A stretch of 64,000 nt of DNA from Trichonephila clavipes (taxonomy: Eukaryota), in NCBI GenBank assembly GCA_019973935.1, contig BMAU01016994.1, positions 880,762 to 944,761 on the forward strand. Reading direction: 5' to 3'. Made by a program: the position numbers and the translations under genes. Below are positions 1 through 12,346 of this stretch, piece by piece. The notes beneath the pieces are model-generated. The model searched no databases and was not told where the DNA came from. It was given only the letters and a program-made list of their open reading frames with translations. Position 1 is the first letter of the stretch, and each line of letters starts with the position of its first letter.

Positions 1-51
1 TTTATTTATTATTTTTGTGATTAAATTTTAATTGTATCTCATTCTTTACAG

Positions 52-177
52 AATGGGAAACTTTTATGGAGAAAGATAGTTGCACATGGCAGTATTTTCT
101 CTTCCCCAACGTTATTCGAAAAGCTAGATGCTGTTTCAGTTGCAACACTAGATGGTACTGTTGCTATATTGAAAATG
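52..177 (+). CDS. Internal coding exon of a PQQ/beta-propeller repeat protein (3' part of a multi-exon gene; possibly the AASDH/ACSF4-like C-terminal propeller)
   Basis: Acceptor tttacag|aat at 50-51 and donor aaaatg|gttaat at 178-179. Phase-0 126-nt exon translating to NGKLLWRKIVAHGSIFSSPTLFEKLDAVSVATLDGTVAILKM, which carries the PQQ-blade pattern (G.LLW... IFSSP ... DGTV). Reading through the donor hits a stop after a low-complexity stretch. Confidence 0.45.
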
Positions 178-2624
178 GTTAATATATTTCATTTGAACTT
201 TTATAGAACATATCATAAATTTTTATACATCTTTAAAAACACTTATTTTCATATTTGTTTAAAAGTTATATCTGACATGCATAAAGTGTTATATATAATC
301 TTATAATAGTGAGAGGGATTTCAAACAAACCAAATCTGTATTTTTACTGATCCACCTATGTTTTTTGTAGAATTCTGCATCTTAGCAGCTTTTTCATGGG
401 GAAGTTTTTCCTGTTGATAGTTAAAAAATTGTCTTTCTTGGTCTAAAATAGATTTTTCAAATGTTGAATTATGTATTTGTGAAAAAATGAAACTCTCTCT
501 CAAAAGGGAGAGTTGTGAATATAGTTGTGACACTTCAATTCTAAACAAAGTGGATCGTTTCATCTTGTAATATTAGACATGAAATATTAGAAACTAATAT
601 AAGAATTAAAACATTTCTCAAACATATTTTACAGTTTTTGAAAGATAACACAAGACTAAAACCTTATCCATTAAAACTTCACTTCGAATTTTTAACTGAA
701 ATATCACTTCACCTTTCAAAAATTATAAATAAGATAAATAAAATAAAGCATACAGAGGCACTTTATCAAATTAAAACCCTAATGAAATACAAGCTGTGAG
801 CAAATACCAATTGATCAAGGGCTGACTTACTTTATTTGCCTCAAATGCATTATGGATTTGAAATTGCAAATTTTATGAATAAGGTTATAGTGTTTTATAA
901 TATATAATATAAAATTAATTTGTTTTTTTTATTAATGTGAAGATAAGTATATTTATAACTAGAAACTTATTAATATTTTCATTTTACTTGCTACTTATAA
1001 TTTATTAATATTGACAAATAAAAAATACCAGCATAATGTTTTTATTATTTCTTTTATCAGCTGCTTACTATTTATTGTTAGAACATTCAAAAATATTTAA
1101 TATAAAAAATTAAGTAAATAAAAGCCATTTTGAGATTTATATGTTTAAAAGTGCAATAAGTTACAAATTTAATCGAATGAGTTAAGTTTTACATACTTTA
1201 TATTGTTGCCTGCAAATGAGTAAATAACTAACGATTTTATATTTTTTAATTTTTTCTTTTACTTATTCAAATATTTGAATAACATTTATAAGAGATTTTT
1301 TTAATAGATAAGTGTCAAATTAAAAAAATTTTTTGGAGTTTTGCTATATTTTAATTTCTGTCTATATTGAGCCATTAGAGGAGTGACAGACCACTAAATC
1401 TAAGTATAACTTTATGTCAATATTATTTACCTGAGGGATAGTAATGTAGCAATCCTCATTCTGTTCCCTCAAATAATAGGTAGTTAATTTTAAGCTTTGA
1501 GCGTATGTGAATCTTTCTTATTGAACATTTTTGATAAAATTACGGTAACAAAAGCATGAATTTTTGAGATTTATAATCTAAAATATTGTCTTCCATATTG
1601 CTTTGTTATGTATTAAATTACTCTAAATTATTTTAGTTTGAAATGTTCTCTGGGATGTCATCAAAATCTAAGAATGGCTCTTTAATACTTATTTTAGTTT
1701 CAAAATTGTTTATATCTTGATTATTTATAATTTGATATCTAATTATTCTTTGATATCTTCAGTCTAATTTTTCAAAAAAAAATTAAACTGAAACATTTAT
1801 TTTAAAGTTTAACTAAGTATTTAAAAGCATCATTGTTTTATTTGTAAAAAGGTTTTTTTTGAAAAAAAGAAATATCTACATTTGTGGTTTTAATAACTAG
1901 TACTCTGTGTGAATATTAATCATTTCCTTTCAATTGGTTCCTTTAGCAAATAACATTATTAATTTTTCCAAGACTGGTACATTAAGTACAAATAATGTTT
2001 CTCTGTAGCTTCATATATAAATCTTAGATTCATTGTTTTAATAATACTATTCCTTTTTTTTCATTTCGAATCTTATCTGTAATAAAATATGTGTTCACTT
2101 ATGTATGTCTAATTAATCAAGTCATAGTTTTCTGAGATAGATTTCAGTACACACTCTTATACGAGTATATAATAACTGGATTTCTTTTTCTTTGTGAAAA
2201 CACAAAGTGGCTTATTATTATTATTTTAAAGTTTGGCTCAGAATAACAATATTAACAACATTTTTTCTTTTCTTTCTTTTTCTTTTGGGAGCTTTCCCCC
2301 ACCCCCTTTTTAACCTTTTAATTTAAAGCATTGCTTTAGGCATGTGATAACTTTGTCAGGCTTTGTTGATAAGTGAATTTTTTTTTAAATCAAGCACATT
2401 CTTTACTTTTAAAACCAAACAATTATTTCATATGTATATGATGTTTTCTAAAATTGTACAAGCAGAATAAAACATAAAGAGTTAAATAAATTTGTCTTTT
2501 AATAATTTTTAATCACAATTAAAAGAGCTCTTTAATTTTAACATTTCAAGATTAAAATCTTTAATAACTTTATTTTTTTATTGGTGTCCCTAAATATATT
2601 TTTTGTTGTTTCTCTCTCTTACAG

Positions 2625-2756
2625 GATTCTGGTGACTTCATTTGGACCTTTCATTATAAGAAACCAATATTCTCATCTCCATTATTTACATCTTCCGGAA
2701 TTTTTATTGGTGCTACAAATAATTGTTTTTTGCATTTTAATATATCAGGTTCACTG
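2625..2756 (+). CDS. Internal coding exon of the same beta-propeller gene
   Basis: Polypyrimidine tract plus acceptor (tctctctcttacag|gat) and donor (cactg|gtaaat). 132 nt, phase 0, translating to DSGDFIWTFHYKKPIFSSPLFTSSGIFIGATNNCFLHFNISGSL, the same W..F....PIFSSP blade motif as the flanking exons. Confidence 0.5.
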
Positions 2757-3849
2757 GTAAATATATTTTAAAATTTATATTTTGTTTTTCTTTGACATAA
2801 ATTTTGTCATACTTTGCAATATTCCTAGAAATTTTTCATATAAAAATTCTACCCTTGTTTTTTTTATCTATATTGAAAATAGTTTGCTTATTTTATTTAT
2901 TTAACCCCCCAAGCTGAATATAAATAAAATGAAAGAACCTTCATATATAAATGTTTGTAAATGTGTTAATCTTATAAGCAAAACTTTACTACTTGAAATT
3001 AATTACTTAAAAATTTGTTGTATATATGTAGAATTAGGGACTTGGTTTAAGGCATTTTGGTTGTTACAGTCATTGAAAGGATGAGAAGGTTTGAAATTTT
3101 TAGATCCACATTTTATTTTACAGGCACACAATGGACAGTGATAAAACACAACACAAATACAGGTAGATGACCACACACTTTATCTAAGACATTCACAAAA
3201 ACATTCATTGTTCTTTCCTGAGATCTCATCTATTTATAGTTTTTGTTGACCACAGGAGCTGTTAGAATCATATGATTTCCAGTAAAGGCTTTTCTGGTTG
3301 ATCCAAATATTGCATCATCATTATTTAAAATGCGAACCTTTCCATTTTTTAGGGAGATAAAATTATTATATCCCATTAGGTGGGTAAAGGGTTAGGGTTT
3401 CAGACCCTGGATAGAATTCTAATTTGCTGGTCCAAGGCAATTTAAAAGAAATATATTTTTATATATTATGTATCCATCTACTTTATATAAATATTTTTTT
3501 TCTTCCTTTTTTTTCAAAGGACTGATGATCTTTTTACTTTTTTGATTTTTGTTCTACAAAATATAAATCAAAGGAAATAGCAAGCACAGACAACTTTCAA
3601 TCAATAAAGTTTTAAAAGGAGAAGTTTTTTGTTAGTTATAGCTCTAGATTGATACCAGCAAGCATTATCTCTTTCTCACTGAGCAAACATATGGTAATCC
3701 AATATAGATGAATTAGACTTCACATGTGGCAGACTGTGCATGTTAAGCTCCAGCCAGCGGCTTTTTTTTTGGCACGAGTTCTAATATTATTAATTGTAGA
3801 CATATAGCATCATTGGGAGTTGTGATGAAATTATTAAAAGTATAGCATA

Positions 3850-5990
3850 GCTAGTGCTGTTTTGGGCTATTCCTAAAATATTTCAACCCCAAAAGGGCTA
3901 CTAAAAAACACAAAGTTGATTCAGAGTGCTGTGCTTTTAATGATGAAGGAACTTAGAAATATTTTTTTACATTTGTAAAAGATAAAGCAATGTGTCTCAA
4001 CTGCAATGAAGCTGTGGTAGTCTTAAAAAAATTTAACATTTCCTGTCATTTCACATCTAAGCATAAGAATTCCTATCCCAAAGCAATGTCTGAATATAAA
4101 AAAAAATGCAGAAAGTCTTTGTAAAAAATTATCAGGCCAACAAAATTTTTTCAAGAAGGTAAACATTATTCAAGAAGTAGCTACATATGCAAGTTACATT
4201 GTAGCATACTATATTGCTAAAACTAATTAAGCTCTCAGTGATGGGGATTTGTTAAACAATGCATGCTCCGAGTTTGTAATATTTTATGTCCAGACAAGAA
4301 ACATAATTTTCAGACTGTAAGCTTTTCTTGACAAATGGTGACTTCTAGAATTGAAGCCACTGATAAAAATTTGGCATCACAATTAGAGTTAAAGATTGGC
4401 CAGGTTAAATTTTGCTCCATAGCTCTGGAGGGAAGCACTGAAATAATTGATACTGCTTAGTTAAAATTATTTATAAGAGGTTTTGGTGAGACCTTTGAAA
4501 TTATACCAAGCAAATGGTATGCATGCATTCTTTAAAGAGAACTATAACAGGATGTGATATTTTTCATGAATTTCAAGAAGGTCTTTTTACTTTGAAAGTG
4601 CCTATAACAAATATATGTAATATTATGACCGATGGTGCACCAAGTATGACAGGAAAAAAATCTGGTTTTCTTGGACTCTTTAATCAAAACTATCCTGGGA
4701 ACAATGTTGTTTTTCTACATTGTGTTATACATCAGAATGCCCTGTGTAAATCTGAATTGAATATGAAACCTTTGCTTGATGAAATTGGGAAGCTTCTAAA
4801 TACTATTCGATCTTGTTAGCTTACTCACAGGCAATTTTGAGATTTTCTTCAGTCCATGCAATTTAAATACTCTGATGTACTGTAGCACACAAAAGTAAGA
4901 TGGCTTAGTGTAGGATATGTTTTTGAGCAAGTTTGGTTGAAAGACAACATTGTATCGTTCTTCCCTGAGAAACAGTGTTCTGTGGAGTGCAAAATGTTAG
5001 AAGATACAGAATGACTTTTGAACTTTGCATTTTTCACAGATCTTCTTTGTCATATGAGCAACTTGAATGTCAAAATGCAATGGAAAAACCAATTTATCAA
5101 CGATATCTGGACCCATCTCAAAGCTTTTAAACTAATGCTTAATCTGTTTGCTGAGCAGGTAGCTAAGAACAACTTGTCTCATTTCCCGAGGTTAAATTCG
5201 ATATCCTCAGTAAATGAAGAAAATCTTAAGAATTATGAAGATGGCTTGAAAAAACTGTATTTTGAGTTTGAGTGCAGATTTCAAGATTTTAGTGCCATTC
5301 AAACAGAATTGGATATTTTACCATGCCTTTCAACGTAAATTGTTGTTGTTTTCTAATGCCACCTGTCTGACGTAGTCAGATCGAGGCCCACGAGATTCAT
5401 CGTGGCATGGGCAAGAGGTACGCCTGTCGTTGGCCTTGAGCACCATACAGGTGACAGTACGATTTTAGCTCGGCGAAATTCCCCGAAGGGACGATAGATG
5501 GCGACACAACCTCTATCTCCACCTCCACAATTTCTGCAAGTAAACTGAAGGGGAGGGAAATATTCTCCAGTCCCTGCGCTCGTGATTAAGCCCACAAGAC
5601 TACGGACCCACTGATTTAACGAGCATGTACTCTGTGTGCACTTGGAGGGTGTTTGGTGGCATCGAACAACGTAAATTATAAAGCAGTGAGGTCAGATTTG
5701 CAACTTGAATTAATTGAGTTGCAATCTGACATTCAACTTAAGCAGTTGTTTTTAAATATGCCAAAGTTAGTTTTACAAATTCATTATCGAAAGTAAGTTT
5801 TCCAAATCTAATATCTCATGCCCAGAAAATCAGTGCTATGCTTGCTTCATCTTATACATGTGAACCAGTGTTTTCAACTATGAACCTTAGAAAGAATTAT
5901 TTCAGAAGTAGACTTATAGATGAGCATTTAGCCACATTCCTTAGAATCAGTATGTCTCAATCCAAACTTCAATATGATTAACTTTTAAAA
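3850..5990 (+). mobile_element. hAT-superfamily (Charlie/ZBED5/FAM200-like) transposase remnant, frameshifted and interrupted, inside the intron of the propeller gene
   Basis: Translated segments FVKDKAMCLNCNEAVVVLKKFNISCHFTSKHK (BED-like zinc finger), LELKIGQVKFCSIALEGSTEIIDTAQL, MTDGAPSMTGKKSGFLGL...HCVIHQNALC, FFTDLLCHMSNLNVKMQWKNQFINDIWTHLKAFKLMLNLF...RFQDF and, after the nested insert, SSYTCEPVFSTMNLRKNYFRSRLIDEHLATFLRI (hAT C-terminal dimerisation region). Multiple stops and frameshifts. Confidence 0.75.
5340..5666 (-). mobile_element. SINE-like nonautonomous retroposon nested in the hAT remnant
   Basis: A GC-rich 327-bp block interrupts the hAT coding sequence. It is flanked by the direct duplication caacgtaaatt (5329-5339 and 5667-5677) and begins on + with gttgttgtt, which is an (AAC)n 3' tail for a minus-orientation element. 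The 80-aa ORF 5353-5595 is spurious. Confidence 0.6.
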
Positions 5991-6598
5991 ATAAAATCAC
6001 AATTCCATTCATCTCTTTAGTGTATTAAATTGTAATACTTATATATTTTTTTTTTAAATTTTAAGAAAATTTATCTTGGCCCACCAAATTTTTTTTTTCT
6101 TTTGATTTTTGGCCCGCTACCAAAAAAGTTTGTCCATCCCTGTTCTTAGGTATTTAAAAAATATGCATTCTGTATTTTAATGGTTTAAAAAACAAATTTA
6201 AATTTTGAAATCTGTTTTAGTTTTTTAATTAAGTTTATTCTTTTGTATGGAGTTTCCTTTGAGTATTCCTATGAAAATTATGAATTTTCTTCATATTTTG
6301 TTGAGGAATCTTTTTTTTTTTAAATCTATCTTTAAATACTTCTGCACTTTGAAAAACAATTGCATAAAGTAAATATTTTTATGTGTCATTTTATTTGTTA
6401 TTCATTCAAATGTTAATTATACGAATATTATTTTTAATTATTTGTTTATGTTTTTTTATATTTTCCTCAATGATTCTGAGGAATGACCTATTGTACTTTT
6501 TATTTAAACTATTAAAATATGTAGCAATACTTATTCAATTTTAATTTAAATACTTTTTGCTGGTATTGTGCTTTTTCATGATGTTATATTTTCTTTAG

Positions 6599-6973
6599 AT
6601 ATTTGAATATGAAACAAAAGGATCTATCTTTTCATCTGCTTGTGTCATCTTAAATAATGACCACATTGTATTTGGTTGTCACGATTCTTCTGTGCATTGC
6701 ATAAAAAGTAATGGAGAGAATGTATGGAAATTTTGTGGTGATTCTCCAATATATTCAACACCATTTGCATTCCAGTGGAAGCAAAGTAAATATATTGCAG
6801 TAGCATCTGTATCAGGTGTTTTATATATATTAGATCAAACTCATGGTGAAGTCAAACATTCATGGAAATGTCCTGGAGAAATATTTTCTTCTCCTACAGT
6901 TCTAAATAATTTCTTAGTCATAGGTTGTCGAGATAATAATGTTTATTGTTTTAGTTTATCGAATGTTAGCTGA
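6599..6973 (+). CDS. Terminal coding exon of the beta-propeller gene, ending at TGA 6971-6973
   Basis: Acceptor tttctttag|ata at 6597-6598. Reading frame open from 6599 to the stop, translating to IFEYETKGSIFSSACVILNNDHIVFGCHDSSVHCIKSNGENVWKF...EIFSSPTVLNNFLVIGCRDNNVYCFSLSNVS*. Repeated IFSSP/G..DG.V blade motifs; ORF track 6692-6973. Confidence 0.55.
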   Translation: MFEYETKGSIFSSACVILNNDHIVFGCHDSSVHCIKSNGENVWKFCGDSPIYSTPFAFQWKQSKYIAVASVSGVLYILDQTHGEVKHSWKCPGEIFSSPTVLNNFLVIGCRDNNVYCFSLSNVS

Positions 6974-8053
6974 TTATTTATTTTTAATATTAGCTTTTAA
7001 AGCTATTCTTATAAATTTATTTTATGTGCATATTTTATTACTGCTATACATACTGTATATATGTCTATACATATTGTTCTCTTTTATCTCTATTGAAACA
7101 GTTCTTATCTTTTTGTAATATTCAATCTATTTTTGTTTTAAAAAAAAGGATAAATTTATTTTAAAGATTTCTATCTATTATTTATTTCACCTCTCCACTT
7201 AAACATTATCAAGACTTAAAAGTTATCATAATGTGTTAACTATCAAAACTTTTATGCTATCAGTAAGTTATCAAAATTAATTTACATCCTATTTTTCTTT
7301 TAAAAATCCATAAAAAATAAAGTTCAAATTAATTTTATATTTGCATTTGCTTTGAATATTATTTTCATTCTACAAGTTATTAAAAGAATACACACATTTG
7401 ACATTTGTTTTTCAAATATAACATTTTTATTAACTTTTTTTGTTACATATCTATTTCTCTTAAATAAAGCATTTGCAGTCTAGTAAAAAGTGATACTTTA
7501 AATAGAAAGTTTCCATTTCAATATTTTGGGAAAACAAAGTTGAAGTTCAAACTTTTTAACTAACAAAAAGATAGAATTTTCCCTCTATTGTGCGTAAAAG
7601 GATAAACTAAATTTCCTGCTGAATAAAACATAAAATATCCGTACAATAAGTGTATGAAGAAAAAAAGGCTATGGTTAACATTAGAACTTTTATGTATTTT
7701 TGTATCTTTTAACAAGAATTCAAACAATTATTGGGCTTTTTAAAAATATCTAGTTCTAGAAAAAAAAAATTCCAGCTTTTTTGAAAGTAAGACATTTGAA
7801 AATTTTAATTAGAAGCTTTAGGCCTGATACCCAATAATTTTGCATATTGAATATATAAAGTAATTTAAGAATACATTCAATTTTTTGTGTCATTGTTTTT
7901 CTTGTCTTCTTATATGTGCAGAACCATATTCTGTTCTAACAAGTTGGATTTATATTTAACATAATATATTTATTTAAATTCACATAATAAAAGTTATGCA
8001 TAAAATTCATTATTCATATGTATATATAATTTTATGTACACACATAAGGTAAG

Positions 8054-8892
8054 CAGGGGCGGCTCTAGGGCCAGACAAACCAGACCCCTGTCTGGTGTGG
8101 CATTTGGATGAAATTTGGAAAATATTTTTTTATCTTACAAAAAAATTTATATATTTTCTGAAATATTATTAGATGTGAATTTGGTATTTCATTTAAACTA
8201 CCTTATTTTCCTAATTTTATACTTTGCATAAGTTTAATGTCAGTTTTCTTTTATATTAAAACTTAATGGCTCGAGGAGCGAGTATAGGTTAAATTATGAA
8301 ATTTCATATATTTACTCATCTTCCACTAGTAACTTTCTCCCCATCTAGGAGTGGGGTCACAAGAGACATTCCTTTTCCCCCATACGATGTCCAGTGCTAG
8401 CTTTTCTAAAGAGGACAAGGTTAATAAGAGTTTTTTGTAGATAGAGAGGCACAGGAAATGTTTTATTTTAATCTTGAGTGTAGTTACTATAAATTAAAAT
8501 AAATGCTTGTGATCCCCATCATCAATAGATTTTTTTCAAAGAAATTGGCGTGCCGAAATGGGCTAGTTCTTCTCTTAAATGTAACTCATTTAAAATCATG
8601 TAGCCTAAAATAAATAGCCTATCACCGTATCGATGATACAGGGACCCCAAAATGTGTAAGCAAAACATTATAAAATGTAAAGCCCGCCCTCACAAAAAAG
8701 GCGCCAAAGAATTGGATACAGGGCCCACTTAGGACTAGCTAGACCAGTAAATCATAACGGGTGATCATGTTCTTAATTTCGAATTATTTTGTATTCTTAG
8801 AACAATATATATATTATAATTTTTTGCTTTGGAGAGAGGGGCGGCATTTTCCATTTTTGTCCGTGGTGGCAAAACTGCTAGAGCCGGCCCTG
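8054..8892. mobile_element. hAT-type nonautonomous element (MITE-like), about 840 bp
   Basis: Terminal inverted repeats CAGGGGCGGCTCTAG (5') and CTAGAGCCGGCCCTG (3'), flanked by an 8-bp target-site duplication AAGGTAAG/GAGGTAAG. No coding capacity. An internal segment (about 8630-8760) is related to sequences at 33225-33345 and 61036-61165. Confidence 0.55.
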
Positions 8893-9992
8893 AGGTAAGA
8901 TATGTTTTCTACTGTGCACATTGCATTAGTTGTAGGAATTTTTTTACCCTACTAATGTAATACTCTCATTTACTTTTTTTTTTTTTTGGGGGGTTGTAAG
9001 TCAACAAAAGGTGCAATAATTTTTGAAAATTAATATCTAAGAAACTTACAATATATTTTTGTATATTTAAAATTTCTTATTCTTACAACTTTCAAATTCA
9101 TTTATAAACAGATTAATAATGAACATGGGAGAAGGATACTAGTGTTATAAAATTTTTAAATAGTACTACCAAATTCATTAAAATTGTCAATTGTACCAAA
9201 ATAATTTTTTTTTCATTCACAAAGAAATGCTTATGTTCTAGTAATTTTTTGTAATAAGACAAAAATAAGAAAATGACAATTTTGTATTTTGACCCAATAT
9301 ATTTTATTGAATATCATAGATAAAGTGAGTGCACATTTATAATAAAAGAGAAAATGGCAAGAAACTTATTAAAATATTGATAATTTATCTCTTGCAAATA
9401 AGTATTGATATCAAATTGAAAAATGTTTCATAAATTACATAGAGCTATGCATTGTATTGACTTTTTTATAAGCACATTCTAAAATGTTTGCAATTCAAAA
9501 ACATTTAATACAAATTTAAAAACACAAGACATTTATAAATTAAAAATTTTCAAAGTTTATCTTATGGGAAACTAAAAATAAGGCAACACAATAATTAGAT
9601 TTTATTACATTTAATATATATATTACATGTTTATTATGAAGCATTAAGTACATTTTGCTTGTCTTCATAACTTCTTTACTTGGAAATAAAAATGTATCAT
9701 ATACAAAAGAAATAGTTGGTAGTTTTAAAGCGCTTCTTAGTGATAAAATTTAGTATGGATTTGAATTGGACTTTTAAGTTTTTAAAAATCAATTCATCTT
9801 TTTAAAAATAGTGCAGGTATAACTAAAAATAATTGATAACTCAATGTCTTTTTTTTTTTTCTTCTTCTTCCCATGTAGCCTTTTTAAAATGCATGAAACT
9901 TCAACAGCAGATCACATTTATTACTTATGTTTTTCATATATCTTAAAAATTGTTACACTTTTTCTTGTAATTTATTTATTTCTTTACTCTTA

Positions 9993-10262
9993 ACTTAACT
10001 CAGTGGCACAACCACCCATAAGGGCCAAGGCCTACTGTGCCCAACTCAGTATACACAACCTTGGGCCCTGAGGTGCTTGAGCAGATGTTCCGGTCAGGTG
10101 GTCAGTCTGACACGAAACCCCCAGTTCCCAAACAAGCTTGGTACTCATTTATCGACCCACTGAAGGGATGAAAGGCTGAGTCAACCTTGCCCAGCCCGGG
10201 GTTTGAACCTCGAACCTGTGGTGTGGAAACGCGATACATTAAACATTCAAACACTGGGCTTC
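9993..10262 (-). mobile_element. tRNA-derived SINE (family B)
   Basis: Reverse complement starts with a tRNA-like head (GCCCAGTG... box A; GGTTCGAGGTTCAAACCCCGG box B). Short (TTAAG)-like tail at the + side (acttaact). 10-bp target-site duplication tttactctta at 9983-9992 and 10264-10273. Confidence 0.65.
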
Positions 10263-12068
10263 TTTTTACTCTTAGAAATAAAAAATATTAAGTATTTACA
10301 AAGTAGTAAATATTATTGGTTATCATTTGGTAAAAAATAATATTCAACCACATTAAAATTTCAATAATTATTTTTTGTTAAATTTTAAAGCTAATAAAGT
10401 CAAATTGAAAAGCATATCTTAGAATCATATTTCATCCCTCTATCTAGAATAATACACCTTGATCGTTATTGAAAATTATTACCTTAGAGCTATACAATCA
10501 GCTAGCTATTGGTGGAAAGACCTTGAAATTTTCATTTAAATTAGGTAATGCAGATAAAAACCAAGCTGATACTTCAGTGTTTTAATTTTATATCATTAAT
10601 ATCAGCCTAATTGAGTTAATAGGCAGAAGCCTTATTTCATTCACTCTCAGTATTTAATTTAAGTTAGATTAATATTATTCTAGGTCACTGTTTGTGCATG
10701 AATATTTCATTTATTATTTTTTGCTTATAGTATAAAGTGTGTAATATTAGTATTAAATGTGCTGAATGAATGAAATATCTGCTTCAATATGTTTTTATTC
10801 TGTTAGAGTTCAAATAAGTTCGTTTACCGCTATGTATATAACTCCTCAAAAAATCTATTTTATATTTTTGTTTTGAATTGTGTACTTTTGAAAACAAAAG
10901 TACAATTTCAGTTTTATATTTAATTTTTAAATGTTGCATTGATATCAAGATTAATTTTAAATTGAAAAAAGAACAATGAACAAACGTCAAAAAATATTTA
11001 GTTTTGTACAAGATCACATTTTTTTTTTCAAATATAAATAAAACATTAATTTTTTTTACTTAATGAAAATTTATGCTTGCAGACTAAGAAAAACATTCAC
11101 AGCATTGTAATTCTATAAAAAGTATACAGTTAACTGAAATCTTAGTGACATATTGCTCCATAAAATACTTCTAGAATGCATGTTAGTATCAATTTATGAA
11201 CTAACATCAGCATTTGAGACAAACCTTATTAACAACTGTGTTTATTGAAAATTATGCTTAACAATAGAACCTAATACATAATGAATTCTTTTTTTGTGTG
11301 TCATAAAGATGGAAGTATTTTTTCAAGAATAACTTTTCACATTAGTCTGTACATTTACTGGATAAGTAGAAACGACTTTTTATATTAAAGTTTGCTTCCT
11401 GTGACTTTCAATACAGGAACTTAATTTTATTTAAATAATTTAGTAATAAGTTAATAATATAAGTTTAATTTCTAACTCTCAAACCCATATAACATCTAAT
11501 GACATTAAATACTTAAGTTTGTATCACTTTCATTCATAGAATTATATATATATACATCATATAACAAAAATATCATCAAACCAAAGATAATGTAACATCT
11601 CAGATTACCTTAAGTTTGGTGCTGTTATGCAGATTAGAAATTTTGTACTAAAATTACATAAAACAATTTCCATCTTCTGTAAGAATAACAATATGTTTAA
11701 TGACATAATATTGTGCATATTTCTTAACAAGAAATGCTGTTATAACCAGTAATTAATATTCTTCTCTCATGAACAACCTAACTTAATGCATTTACTTGAA
11801 TAACAATGCTATGATGATCCATTTCTAATGAAATAACAATAACATAAATTCATATCTTTATTTAACATTTTATTATTTCTGTGAAAAAAAATTGAGCAAA
11901 TACATAGTGAAAAATTATTCAGCAAGAAATAAATTTTCCAAGTCACAAATTCTCTCCCAACACTGTAACAATTCTATTTAGGCACTTAGTATTTAAAAGT
12001 AAAAAAAAAAACTTTAAAGTATATATAACAAACAACACCAAAGTGTTTTACATTTGATCAGTTTATAA

Positions 12069-12346
12069 CAAGGGTATCAAACTCAAAGGCTAACTTGGGC
12101 CAAACAAATAAGTTTTTAACATTTGGTGGTCCACAAAAAAAAATCAATATTCATTGAAGCGGTTTATTTCAAATAAAACATATATAAAAGAACAAGACAA
12201 GATTAATGTTTACATCCTAATACATTTGACATCAATTCTCTGCAACAATCTTTTCTATTACATAAGAAATTTTTACATATTGCGTGCTGATACATTGGCC
12301 AGGTTCTAAAAAATATTCGTTGTGGTCTGCGAGTTTGACACCCCTG
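12069..12346. mobile_element. hAT-type MITE, about 278 bp
   Basis: Terminal inverted repeats CAAGGGTATCAAACTCAAAGG and CGAGTTTGACACCCCTG (reverse complement CAGGGGTGTCAAACTCG). 8-bp target-site duplication GTTTATAA/GTTTACAA at 12061-12068 and 12347-12354. Confidence 0.6.

Noticed and set aside
5353-5595. 80-aa ORF on the minus strand
   Set aside because: It lies entirely inside the GC-rich SINE-like insert. GC-rich repeats generate open frames by chance.
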